Notes: generated by a model from the letters alone, not told the origin. A DNA stretch of 64,000 bases from Kudoa neothunni (GCA_964304625.1 OZ199840.1:8705487-8769486), one strand, 5' to 3'; numbered from the stretch's first letter, positions 51,267-63,917 are shown. A program made the numbers and translations.

Positions 51267-54182
51267 TTAGTCATTTTTCTTTTTTCCGATGAAGAATGCG
51301 ATTCCCCCTATCAAAAGTACCACTCCTGCAACAGCTGATACGATTATTCTATCTATAAATTAAACAACTCAAATAACAAAAATTAATACATCATTTTCAT
51401 GTTTGACCTAAAATCAAAATTTCGTTATATTGTTTATATACAATAATTTAGTAGTAAAATTACTTTGCACTACTTTTTTCACCTAAAGAAAATAATACAA
51501 AAATAATTTTTAATTTATTTAATACCTTGATTTATTGCAGCAGTTCCGTAATATGTCGGATCAGACTCCAAGTATACGATTAAGTGATAATTGTTTGATT
51601 CTGGCAAATTATCAATGGTGAATCTTGCACATTTGGAAACTTGGTGCATTTAGAATTCCGCGCCATGCATGATCTCACAATTAATTGTGATTTTGCACTT
51701 GTATTTTTTAGTTCCCATTTACATTTTGACTGTTCGTTCACTTTTGTCGAATGATGAGTTTCCACTGTGAATGTAGTTCCATCTCGTGTTATTGAAACGT
51801 CTAATACTTTATTAGTGTCTGTTGGATTTTCTTTAGGCTTATCTAATCGTTGATTAATACAGATAAATTTGAAATTAAAATTTTTACTTGAAGGGATATC
51901 AATTGTTTGTTGTGTAGATTTTCCTGTGGCAGTCACCAAAACTCTGTATTCATGGTTTGGGTCGTAGTCGGTGTTGAATACAATAGATTTGCATGATGGC
52001 ATATTTTGACATGTCTTTGAAGTGTTATCATTAGTTTGAGCAGTATTTGCTGTTGTTGTGTCTCCTGCTCTAGCTATACTTACTACCTCTGATTTTGATC
52101 TAATTGCAGCATTTTGAGGAATTTGAGGAGAATTTTGAGAAGACTCGGGAGGACGTAGGAGTAGGTGGATTAGTTGAGACAGGGGCAGGGCACACAAATA
52201 TCGATTCATAATCATTACCCTTTTTAATTTTTACATCGTATTCACACAGGGCTGGAGTTTTTTGTTGCATTCAATTCGAATCCTTCCATATTAAATCTAT
52301 GAGTAATTGATAGTGTATCCAACTCTAATGAAATTTGATCTAATAAAAATAAAACAAAATTAACTTACGAGTTTCAACTCCATTATAAATATGTTCCGCA
52401 TAATCTTTATGAGCAACTACTTTAATGTCATATTGAACACTAGGTTCTAGACCAATGATTTTTTTTAGTATCCTTACAAAAGCCCCTACATGGATTGCTG
52501 TCTTCGCATGACGCAGGATAAAAACTGTCTTTTCCAGACAAACTTATATGATATTCACATGTTGGTTCCGTTGCTTTAACATTGCTTACCGCACCATCAA
52601 CAGCTTTAAGGGATGCATCAGATGCTGTTGTTGTTGGAGTTGTAGCCAAGTAAGTGTTTTGAGCGCCATTTCTTAATAAATATTAATATTGTCTGAAACA
52701 TTAAATATATTTACTTGTTCTATAGAATATTTTTTCTTTAAAATCTGCTGGGTTTGTGATTCCGATTTCAGCCACTTCAATAATATATGCCCTTCCAGCA
52801 TCAAGACCTTTTACGACTAACTTTGAGCCGTCTTTTTTGCAATTTCCACTACTACCAGTTATCGTACTACCGTCAGCACAAGTAGTAGTTGTTGCAGTTG
52901 GTTCAATACTGTCAGCAACGTAATGAGTGAGAGTAGGGGTTCCACTGTTCTCTTTTAAAAGTCCTGAGTTAAATGTAACACCAATAGCTGTGTAAGCTGA
53001 TAATAGTCCTTCTGTTGGTTCAGTAATCGCTAAATAAATTCATTATGTTTATACTTTTTATTTCGCTTTTTATTACAATATTTATTTTGGATATAGCCGT
53101 CATAGGTTTTACCAGTTTGTTCTGTTAAGATATGATGCCTTGTTTGGATTACAACGCTGTAGACCAATTTTGCTGCAGATACAGTCAAAGTAACATTTTT
53201 ACAGGGGGCATAGCAGTTCACCGTCACTATTACCACACTTCGATTCGTATGCATCATTAGCTGCGGTGGTCGCAGCATCTTTAACTCGAAAGACACAAAT
53301 TTCATGGGATGGGTTATTAGTAAATTTTAAAGTGATTTTGTTATCTCCAGTATTTTTAGAAACATAAAATTGTGGCTTGTAAATTTCAATGGTGCTTTTC
53401 ATGTATTCATTAGGCATGTTATAAAAAAAGCTTGGATAATTTTGACACCTCATTTCATAATGTGGAATTAAGAGATCAAAATCAACTGTATTAGCTTGGT
53501 TTTCAGTGTCACAGTTACCAACTTGTGTTCCATCGTTATATTTCATATCTTTATAGTGGATTGGACAGACCACTGGTGTGCATGTTTTTGCACCCAATTT
53601 GAGCTTTTTTTGAATTGTCAGTAGAAATAGAAATTTGTGGGTCAATAATTAATGCTAAATTTAAATTGATTATTAATAAAATTTAAAATCAAAGTTACGT
53701 ATTGCTAAACCAAACACCTTGCCACCCTTCGTTTGAGATTGTGTATTAACGGCCTCTGCGTTAGCTCCAGCAAAAATGTAAATATATTGGGTTCTGGGAG
53801 ACAACGTATCAAAAGCTATTTTTATATCGTCCCCAGCACATGTTCTAACACATTTGTTGCTGGATTCCCCTCCAGTGTTTCCCTCCGGACATGCGTTGAT
53901 TTCGGCAAATGCAATAGCTTCGTTATTTATATTAGATTTCCTGATGCGGACACGTCTTGCCTTTTGCTGTATAAGTACTTCCACCTAAGACGAGTTGAAC
54001 CTTTAATGGATCTGCAGCAGTATCTTTCACAATTTGATATTTCACAGTCTCAGTTGGGGCAGCAGGAACTGGGGATACTTCCTCACAAAGTTTTTCTTTA
54101 ATAAGAACTATAATAAATTTTATAAGTATGAAGAACCAAATAAATTACTCAATATGTAAAATACGTTTAGAACTATCATCAT
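51267..54182 (-). CDS. Family copy 6; multiple apparent frameshifts (pseudogene or consensus errors)
   Basis: Exon 1 at 54149-54182 (MMIVLNVFYIL). Indels near 53948, 53605-53611, 53216, 52459-52466, 52258-52266, ~52150 and 51632. TM/tail intact. Confidence 0.7.
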
Positions 54183-54410
54183 TAGAGATAATATATGAAG
54201 AAGAACGTATTATTAAAAATCCAAAATATCGGTTGAATATGATGAATATGGATCATGCTAATTAATGAATGCTTTCATATGTATTATTGAATTCATATTA
54301 ATCACTAAATGATTAAAAGACATTATATAATTATTTAGAATAAGACATAAACTTTAAGTTTAATTTAGCGTTATATTGATATTAATATAAATAAATATTT
54401 TATTCGTCTA

Positions 54411-55061
54411 CAGTAGGGTGACGTGTGGTTCGTAGTGAAGTTAGTTCGTAATCTGAGAAAATGTTACAAAATTAACCTAAAAATAAGATTATAAAAGTTA
54501 TATAGTTCTTAAACTATTTAAAAACATTTATTTGACCATTAAGAATATAAATAAAATATTTTTTAATTAATTATGTTATTTATGGATTATTTTGTAGCGA
54601 ATTGTGGTTCGTAACCTTTCAGGTGCGTTGAGATCTTTGTTTTCGATTGATGACGAAATAGAGAACAGAAATATAAAATGAAGTTACGGTTTTAAAAGAG
54701 AAATATGAAACAATATTGAAAATGATGCTAATAGTAATGTTATAGGTGATGGCAACTGTAACATAGATGATAATTTACATAAATTGGACGACAGACAACG
54801 AAAAAATATTCCATCCAAAATTTCTTTTTACATTTGTCTGATGTAAGACATTACTTGGAATACCATGGTTAAATAGCTGTAAACATCTAACGAATATTAA
54901 ACAAGAATTAAACATTATAATTGTCAGGAAACTTAAAAATATTATTATAACTGAGTAATTTCCCCCCAAATAATCTATCAATATAGTTGATTTATAGCAT
55001 TGTTTCCTCCCTAGTATAACGCACACAATCTTCGAAATTACGAAGCACCCGTCACCCACTG
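54411..55061. mobile_element. MITE-like element of Tc1/mariner/pogo type
   Basis: TA|CAGTAGGGTGACGTGTGGTTCGTA ... TACGAAGCACCCGTCACCCACTG|TA. Absent from the paralogous upstream flank of copy 2. Confidence 0.7.
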
Positions 55062-57047
55062 TATTAAATATTTATACCTACAAAAATTTCAAACTCTCGA
55101 AATATGTATCAATATATTATTAAAAAGCCGTAAGATCTTGTTCGTCCAAATATTTTTCGAACATTGCATAAAAAAGGTAATAATTTTTCAATTATTATAA
55201 ATATTTTTTTAAAAGATATGATATTCTAATTATATTCGAGCCATAACTAATGGAAATATCTGATCCGACATAGGTGATCATCTAATTCATACTTATCATC
55301 AATATTAGAATAATTTAAATAGTAAAATATTATCTTAAATATGAACATAAATAAAAATTCACGTTAGCAATATCCCATTAGTTTACCAAAAATATAAAAT
55401 ACCTTTTTCTTTAAAATCTTTATGAATTATATTTATTCTCTATGTTTTGTTAAGTATGGGTGATAATATAAAAATATACTTTCTCTTTCAATCATATTTC
55501 CTTATTAATATTATAACAATAGCTATTTTTATTTATCATCATTTATACTACAATAAACAACTTGTTGTAATTAATAATCGGATGTCAAACGAAAAAACTG
55601 ATTCATCTATATCAGTGGACTGAAATCATCAAATAAAAGTTCAATTCTTGGTAAATAATAATTTTCAGCAAAACGATACAACAATCCATTTAGTTATATT
55701 TCAATTGGTTTATTTAATATTTATTTACTTATAAATTACTCTATTATTTGATTCATGTTTATCATTAAAAATAGTCCAAATTTTATATTTTTTCTGTAAT
55801 TTTAATGAAAAAATCTAATCTAATAATTATTAATCATAAATACATTATCTTAAATCTTAAAGTTTTTATTAATAAATATGTTGACATAATTGTTCATATA
55901 GTACAATTTTTATGTTAAATTAAGAATTTTATTCCCTTCCCATTGGAAACTCCTCAGCTGATCATTATTTTTTAGTTAACATGGTTTTTATAAGTTAAAA
56001 AAAAATCAGTAGCCTAAAATAAAAACTGTTTAAAAATTTTCTAAATCAACATAACTAATTCCTACGTATAAGTAAGTAAACTAAATGCGACAACGTAAGT
56101 AATGGCGAACTATTCGTTCAGTAAATACAAGCCCCATTTTTAAGGTAATTCTTAGGGATATCAAGATAATTCGATTGATATTATTTACGTTAATCCTAAT
56201 AATTTCTAAATAGACTTCAAACTAATCCATATCAGCTGGATTTTTGTCCATTAGAATTTAATTTTGAAGCATTTGGGACATTAAATTACAGAGCGTTCAC
56301 AAAGACGTAGCGTGAAGATACGATCAAAAAATCTCGTAACTTTATTTTTAATTTTGAATTAAAAATAGAATATTCCTTAATGTATGGACACCACAATCAA
56401 AGATAGAAAGCGAATCAAAGGTTTTAAAGTTCTCGCTGCGAAACAACGCATTAGATTTAATATTTAACCAATATATCTCCCATTTAAAAGTTTTTATTTC
56501 AATATCACGTGAATAAGCTTGTGAATAAAATAATAATGGCTAAATATCAGTGCTGAGTTCATTCGATGTATACTGCTACAACAACCGCTTAATAAGTTAT
56601 TCATTAAAATCTAAGATTCTCAAAAATTATGCAAATTAATTCAAATAAAATAACTAAGATGAAATAATCTACCTGCAAGTAAATTATTCATAAATTATTG
56701 TAAAATAATGAAAACCATACATTTAACCAAATACTATCATTTCTGGGTAAATATTATTCTATAAAGCACACTGAATTTCACCCGACAGAATTTAATAATT
56801 CGTCGTATAATAGCAATTCGAATCTTAGAAATTGGCAGTCAAAACTTTTTTATGGAATAATTTACGACAATTCAACAAAATTATGTTTTCAGTTCTAATA
56901 TTGGAAATTATTCTGTAGCAGCTCGTAAAAGAACACGAAATTAGAACTTAAATCTTTCAAATTTTAAAAAATGTTACTACAATTCATAAATTAATTTTAT
57001 ATGCATAACCAAAGAGCAAAAATAATCACAGAAACGCATTGTCATCA

Positions 57048-57059
57048 TGCACATGCGCA
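57048..57059 (+). promoter_or_regulatory. NRF1/Ewg-like site upstream of SSR2
   Basis: TGCACATGCGCA ending 48 bp before the ATG; the established consensus is YGCGCAYGCGCR. Confidence 0.45.
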
Positions 57060-57107
57060 ATTAACACAAGTTCAATAGCAATAAGTTATCGTTCGTAGTT
57101 GTACAAA

Positions 57108-57879
57108 ATGAGGGTTGAGGTTGACTGGAAAGATATTTTTGGTTATTGTATTGTCTCTATCAAACGTATTTTGTGATGACGAGGTGGTGGCTGAGGATGA
57201 AACCATAAATGATGCAATAGATCAACACTCATCATTGTACATGCTAGCAACTAAATATATTAATGCACCAGTGATGGCCAAAAAAGTGCCATTCACTGTG
57301 ATCTACACTATTTACAATATTGGGAATATGTACGTTGCATTTTGAGAAATTCGTTTATTGTTTGATCAGCCAATTAAATCGATTTATTTAGCAAATTGCA
57401 AGCCATCAAATTAACGGATACATCGTTTGCCAAAGACAAATTCATATTTCACAAAGGAAATATAGTGGCTAGTTGGGATATGATTTTACCTGGAGAGAGT
57501 GTGTCTTTTGCTACAGTGCTCGAAGCTAAACCACACGTGAAAGCTCATAATGTCACTGCAGCAGTAGTTAAATATTCGGTGGAATCTTCAGACCAAGAAA
57601 TGGTTAATTATTTCCGTAGAATTTAATTTAAAATTTCGTTGTTATTCAGGTTATGAGAACCAGTGGTCACGATCGCCTGATTCTCATGGACACCTCAACT
57701 TACTATAGAAGATACTCCTCGCATGCAGTAGTTAATTCATGTTGTCTATTGGTTAATAATTGTTGTTATAGTTCCAGTGGATAGTATTGGCGGTATTGGT
57801 TGTTATTCTGTTAGCAGGTCCATACATCGGATTGAAGAATCTCAACCAGAAATTCAATCTAAAGCCTAAAACTCTCTGA
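57108..57879 (+). CDS. SSR2: Translocon-associated protein beta (TRAP-beta), 4 exons
   Basis: Exons 57108-57329, 57392-57602, 57650-57727, 57772-57879. Signal peptide, YTIYNIG, LTDTSF, G...ASWDMILPGESVS, N.TAAVVKY, RRYSSH..QW plus TM match the TRAP-beta pattern. One extra G after the ATG must be removed to restore the frame. Confidence 0.85.
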
Positions 57880-59749
57880 CAATTTGATTTTTTGCAAAAA
57901 AAGCTATCTAATGCTCAATTCGTTATATGATTTTTATTAAGGTTTATACTTGATAAATTGTTTTCATTGCTAAAAATCCCATCAAATATGTTACAGAATA
58001 ATTTTCTAAATTAAGGGAACTAAGTTTGTAGGTTTGAGAAATAGTTACATTTTTTCGTTTAAAAGTGAAAATAAAAGACGTTTGTGATGTTCTATTTTTG
58101 CGGTAATTATTGTAGCAATATTAAGTGGGTTATGATTACGTAGGGGAGTTTCTCATTTTTATATCATACGATAGTAGGTTGGTACTAGGAATTTTTATAT
58201 TTTACACTCATGAACTACAGATTTTTACTTGAAATTCACTTTATCGATTATTTTTCTGGCTCAATTTTTAATCAGATACATTAAAAATATTTCGACGAAA
58301 TTGAATAATTAGATAAGAATTAATACCATATCTGAAAAGGAGAATAGGAAAATACAACTTAAATGCATATTCCAAACAAACGTCTATTTATTCTAAAAAT
58401 AATCTCTTATCCATGATAAACATGCAAAAATATAATTTAGGTTTTTCATAAATTCTCGCGCATGCGCGAGAATGTCACCATTACATTTAAACTGCTCTGA
58501 ATTTCCTCTTCAAATTAAGATATCGATTATTTGGTAAGAGAATCCAATAGTATATATTGATTTTTAGTTTATAAAATTTTTGATTTAAATATGAACGATA
58601 GAATATACTTTAATCGCCATGTTTGTGACTAAATTGTTTTTGAAAAGTAGAAAATCAATTTACAAATTAATCATTAAAATTAATAAACGTAAAATGAATG
58701 ATTTCTAATTAAAGCAATAATTTTTGTTTAAATGGCGAAGATTTATAATAAATATACATACATATTTGTTTACACAAAATGATTCAATACTATTGAAAAA
58801 GGACAAAATAATTTTATTGGATTTAAACACTGTTTTTTACAGCTTACGTAGCTGTATACACTTATGTTATTTATTCTTAATCATGATACGATTAAGAATA
58901 TAAAAAATTGGTAGAAGATAATATTTAATCCTAACTTGAATTTACGCATGCGCACCAGAACTTCCTAATTTCAGCAACTTTACATACAAAACTGTTTACA
59001 TATACATATACATATATATATATATATATGTATATATTTTAAAGTCTGCTCTATCTAATTATTTCTGGTCGGCAAAAGCGAAGCGTTAGGCTCCGAAATA
59101 ATTAGAATTAGATACAGTCAAAACCAGTGCCACCTCAATATTAGCCACTTCTAAAAAATACGAATGATTGAATACACCTTTAAAAATTGACCTCGAGATT
59201 TCGATTAATATTTTTATATTTAAAATGATAGACGAAAATTATTAAAGTGATAAAATTTTATTCTTTAAATGAATTTTGTAATCCGGTCAATCGTAGAGTG
59301 GATTAAAGAAAGCATTCGAAACGTGGCGTTTCATGCAAATAATTTGCAGCAATTATTTGTTAAGTGATAATTTCTCTCAAAAAATCATGAAACACTTTTT
59401 GAGGTTAAAGAATTCAACGTTTATGTAATATTTCGTTAATCCATATTTGACTATTGACTATTATACATATGCATTATGCATAAGAGAAATTAATGTTTTG
59501 TTGTATCTCTGTTAAATTATTAGAAAGCTTGGGGGAGAAATATTTAAATCGATATTATTTAATACATTATTTAGACACAACAAGGATTCAAGATAACGCC
59601 TAATCTCTTGCGAAATAATTGAATATTTTCCAATTAGAGTTAATTTAGTGGGTTCAAATTTTAAGTTTATTATACTCAAATCAATCGAGTCGTGGTCGAA
59701 CACAATAAAAAAATCACTTGAAAACAACACTTAAAAAACAAATGAAACA

Positions 59750-60891
59750 TTAATTTAACCGTTTGAATACAGACTGTTTCGGTTTGGTTATACGATTCAA
59801 AATGGATGGTTTACCTACGCCAGACTCGGACAAGTGATTTTGTTGAGGATGAGCGCCAAAGTTAAGGCGTCCATTCAATCTACTGGGGTATGTAAACGAA
59901 ATCTAGATGCAAAAATTGAAATTGAAAATATTCCAAAACAACCCATTACATTCGTGGAGATGGTTTTTCCATTTTTATTGTTACTTTGATCATGTGCATG
60001 GAATTTACTCACGAATTTTCGTCCACTAGGTAACACTATTATATCTTTGGTGGGTTTTACGTTTTGTTGAGTGGATGGTTTACCAGCGTTGTTCTCTTGG
60101 ATGACAGAAATTCATTTGAAAATTGATTAATATAATCAATAAATACTTAAATTCATGCGCCCAGTTAAAGTTAACCCCGCCGCCAATTTACTTGAGGAAA
60201 CTTGACGAGGATTTGCAGACAATCGACTTAGAATATTACCTTCCGACAAACTACTATCACATCAAACCTCCAAATAAATATTACTGTAGGATTTTTCTAC
60301 AACAGGCACTCCTTTGAGCAAAAAAATCACTCGGTTTCAAACATACAACCAACATTGTATTACTTGATATACTTTTATTGTTTGATATGATAGCTGAAGG
60401 AGTGGTATAGGTTTTTGTTGGAGTGTACACTTTTCTGGTGTCACTTCGATAGGTGGTTTGAGCGATAATGTTGGTTGGTAGAGTTGTTGATGTTGATGGA
60501 AAAATCTCATTTGATGTCTAAGTCCACATTGAACAACCTGATCAATCAAAAAACAAAGCTACCATTGCGATCTTTTGTACCTCCCTCAAAATAGCAATCA
60601 CATCACCCATAACACTCACCCCCAGTTCTTTCAATAACTCCTAACAAAACAGAATCAAACTCCAGCATCAAAATCCACCCAGACTTTATTTAGCATATCA
60701 ATCATTCCCATATTCATCCGATGCAATACAAAATTGTTCGCATATCTGAATAGATGTAGTGTGAAAATTGCATTACATAATGTGCCCAGGATTGTGTATT
60801 TATACTTTAACGCGTGATTTTTGGGTATGTTACATGCGCAGAAGAATGAGTACCATTTGTTTCTCTCCGCTGTGGCTGAATCTGTTGACAT
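59750..60891 (-). CDS. C19orf47-like protein (N-terminal SAM-like domain), multi-exon
   Basis: Spliced N-terminus MSTDSATAERNKWYSFFCACNIPKNHALKYANNFVLHRMNMGMIDMLNKELLKELGVSVMGDVIAIL (introns 60746-60805, 60641-60684); C-terminus KQSVFKRLN*. Middle exon boundaries uncertain. Confidence 0.75.
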
Positions 60892-60930
60892 TTTGTGGGT
60901 GATACGGCCAATGTGTCTTGGTGTCTGCTT

Positions 60931-60942
60931 GAGCATGCGCAC
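60931..60942 (-). promoter_or_regulatory. NRF1/Ewg-like site upstream of the C19orf47-like gene
   Basis: GTGCGCATGCTC on -, ~40 bp before the ATG. Confidence 0.4.
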
Positions 60943-61734
60943 AATCAATAAATGAGTTTTATCATTGTGTCACTTTATACTATAAATAATTAAGTTAAAT
61001 TCATCTACTTATATTATTTTTAATATTTCCTATCTGAATAACACAAATACATAGACGTTATGAAGTATTATATATTTATAGTTGAAATTCTTTATTTACT
61101 TTAGGAGAGATTTCATTCATTAAATTATAAACTGAATAAACTTACGTGAGCGTTTATGTACTAGTTTACATTGATCTCTACATTATGAACATATTTTCCA
61201 TTTATTCGCTTTAAATATAATTATGGTGAATTTTCCCGAGGATTAAAACTATTCCAAGAACATAATTTTATTTCTTTAGCGATTACAGATTTTAAAAATA
61301 ACCATATTTTTATAATTATCAAATGCTACATTAAAAATTGTTAATTACAGACATTAAATTATTTATCAATAGATTTTAGATTTTTAATTATTCGTATATG
61401 TACCATCCCAGCTTTATTTATTTGATATTTATAGGGTTTTCCGAGCTTTAACAACAACACTGTGTCAAGCATTAGCAACACGGTTTCAGGGCTTGCTGCA
61501 TTAACTAATAAAAGAAATATTTTGAACTTTTTTAACAAGTCGAGATTAAAGACAAAATTTTTGTACACTACGATAAACGTGATTCAGCCTAAATGAAATA
61601 AACTTTACTAAATTAACACAGCACTAGATGTAACCCAAGATTAATTACAAATCCGCAGTTTTGATGCGCGTATAAAATAATAATGTCAAATCAAGAAGAT
61701 ATAATATATAATTTTCTTAAAGATTATAAAATTT

Positions 61735-62490
61735 ATATTTATTCCATAATAATTTCTCTGTTGACACATCTGGAAACATATCGAAGAATCTTTCGATAGT
61801 ATCCGGAACAATCATCAGGGGTGATAATTTTAAAACCCATCATCTATCAGGTTTAAAAGATCAGGTTCATCCCTTGCTGAGCCCCGTATAACACTGGTTC
61901 TTCCATTGACGACGCATTTTCGATCGAGTGACAAAAATCTACTAGCTCAATAAGGTATTCCTTACAATCTTCTCGATTCACACTGGTCGCCGATTAACTT
62001 TATAAAATACCATACCGCATTTACTCATAGAGACTATAACGGATATGTTCCTTGTTCTAACGCCTCCAACAGGAACGTGAGCTGATGTACCAGCAAGGGA
62101 ACGACCTTTTCTAGTTTGTGTAGATACACTAAACCCAACTTCATCGATAAAAGTGAAATTTTTATCTTCAGTCTCAAGAATTTTGAGCATACACAATTCC
62201 TTCGCTCGGGGACAATTATAACTATTTTTAACGAATAGTGGAATTGTTTCAAGAATCTGTTAATAATGCTTGCACTTACGTTTACTCCACATTCGTCAAT
62301 TAATCGCCACCCCGCTTAAAGATTCGTCCTTTACGTCAATTAGGTAGGCTTTTACAATTGAAGCAACGGTGCATCGATGTACACCGACGTTTTCTGCAAT
62401 TATAGAGTCGCTATATTTTTTCTCACATTGGTTAATAATCATTGACCTTGTGACATTTGAGATTGTCTGTCTCGTTTTTATTTCATAAAT
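61735..62490 (-). mobile_element. Degenerate IS630/Tc1-like transposase with internal deletions
   Basis: N-terminal HTH-like segment; FTFIDEVGFSV..RKGRS..G; RNISVIVSMS..GMVFY. Confidence 0.75.
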
Positions 62491-62938
62491 ATTATAAAAT
62501 CAACTATGTTATACATTATTACCACTCGTTTGATATTTTCTGAATTCTCTACCTAATTAGATTCCAAATTTAGACACGTGTTGTTAAAGCTCGAAAAACA
62601 CTATAACCTTATCATGCCAAATGTCCACCCTAGTATCCAAAAAATTAAACATCCCCATAAATATACACGTAAAATTTATTTTGATAATTTGTTGAATTAT
62701 TACATGATTTAAAAGTTAAATATTTGTTTTCATTAATAACCGATTATGCAAACTAAGAGATCTAGCATTTATAGTAAGTTTATTTGTAATCCTTACATCA
62801 ATCCAAATCAATAAGGAATACGAGAAATTCAAAGTTATGAAACTTTAAAATGTGGTTCAATGCGCTAAATTTCGTATGATTTATAACAACCTATCAAAAG
62901 ATAATGATTAGTCAACGCGTGGATCTCCAACTTTGAAT

Positions 62939-63455
62939 GCCTGGACAATATAGCATAGTGGTGTTAGGTCGAGATCGCATACCATGAGGTTGCGAGTTCG
63001 AAGCCTACGTCCAGGTGTTCCAAATCGGAAATTAAGTAGGAAGGCTGTGGTAATCGCAAAGATCTATGATTTATCGTGACCTTGCTTGTAGTTGTAGCTG
63101 GGAGAGCGTGGCGGAAGGGTGGGTAGATCTTGGGTGCTCATAAACGCCGGGGTAAAGAAACGAAATACAACGCAGTAGGTGTAGGTGAAGGTGAAGATGA
63201 AGGTGTGTGTAGGTGTAGGGGGTTTCCGTAGAGCCGACCGACGCCCACATTCAGACGACTTTTCCAGACTAATTCTGGGTTAGTCCAGAGTATGGTTGGG
63301 GTGGTCATTGATTATTGATTGCTACGAAACGAGGATGTTTAGTGGTTAAAATCCCACACTACCGCATACACGTAAAGTCGCCTTAATATGACGCTGCGGT
63401 GCCTAAAGCGTAAATGGAGAAGGTCTAACCGGCCCAACCTTCACAACCTAACACG
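62939..63455 (+). mobile_element. tRNA-derived SINE-like element
   Basis: Acceptor-like stem CCTGGAC/GTCCAGG, A box TAGCATAGTGG (62951-62961), B-box-like GAGTTCGAAGCC (62994-63005), then a GC-richer ~440-bp body. 3' end approximate. Confidence 0.6.
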
Positions 63456-63559
63456 TTGCACCACGGTTTTGACCTTGTAAACAAAAAAATCCGACTTTTG
63501 AACACATGGATCACGATTTGGTTTTTAAATGTTCAAGAGCGAAATACGACAACTGAAAA

Positions 63560-63917
63560 TAATCATGATTGACATTCCATGTCCTGCAGTTTTACACGAA
63601 TATAACCAAAATATGGAGGAGTTGAGTCTTCAGATATACTCGTATCGCTTTATGTAATGAAACATTAATGTAAGAAATATTACATGCAAATTTTCTTTTG
63701 GACCCTCAATACATGTATTATAAATGCGTGGTTATTATATAAACGAAATTGTAACATTCGAAAAGTTCCTAAGAAAGATAAACTGGACTTGATGAATTTT
63801 TCATTGAAAATAAGTGAAAGTCTTCGTTATTACCAAATAGCAAGTGCTCCCAAAAAACGTGGTAGACAGTCTCTTAACAATTTTTTGGTAAAAATCGATG
63901 ATAAATTTGAAAGATAG
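63560..63917 (+). mobile_element. piggyBac-like transposase C-terminal remnant
   Basis: YNQNM(GGV) motif broken by a frameshift, followed by IFFWTLNTCIINAWLLYK. Confidence 0.7.

Noticed and set aside
60337-60549. Gln-rich ORF as the coding frame of the C19orf47-like exon 4
   Set aside because: It needs a 25-nt intron. A 45-nt intron (60518-60562) giving a Ser/Thr-rich frame fits the local intron sizes better; unresolved without RNA data.
62939-63016. Functional tRNA gene
   Set aside because: Anticodon and T stems pair poorly, and the sequence continues into a SINE-like body.
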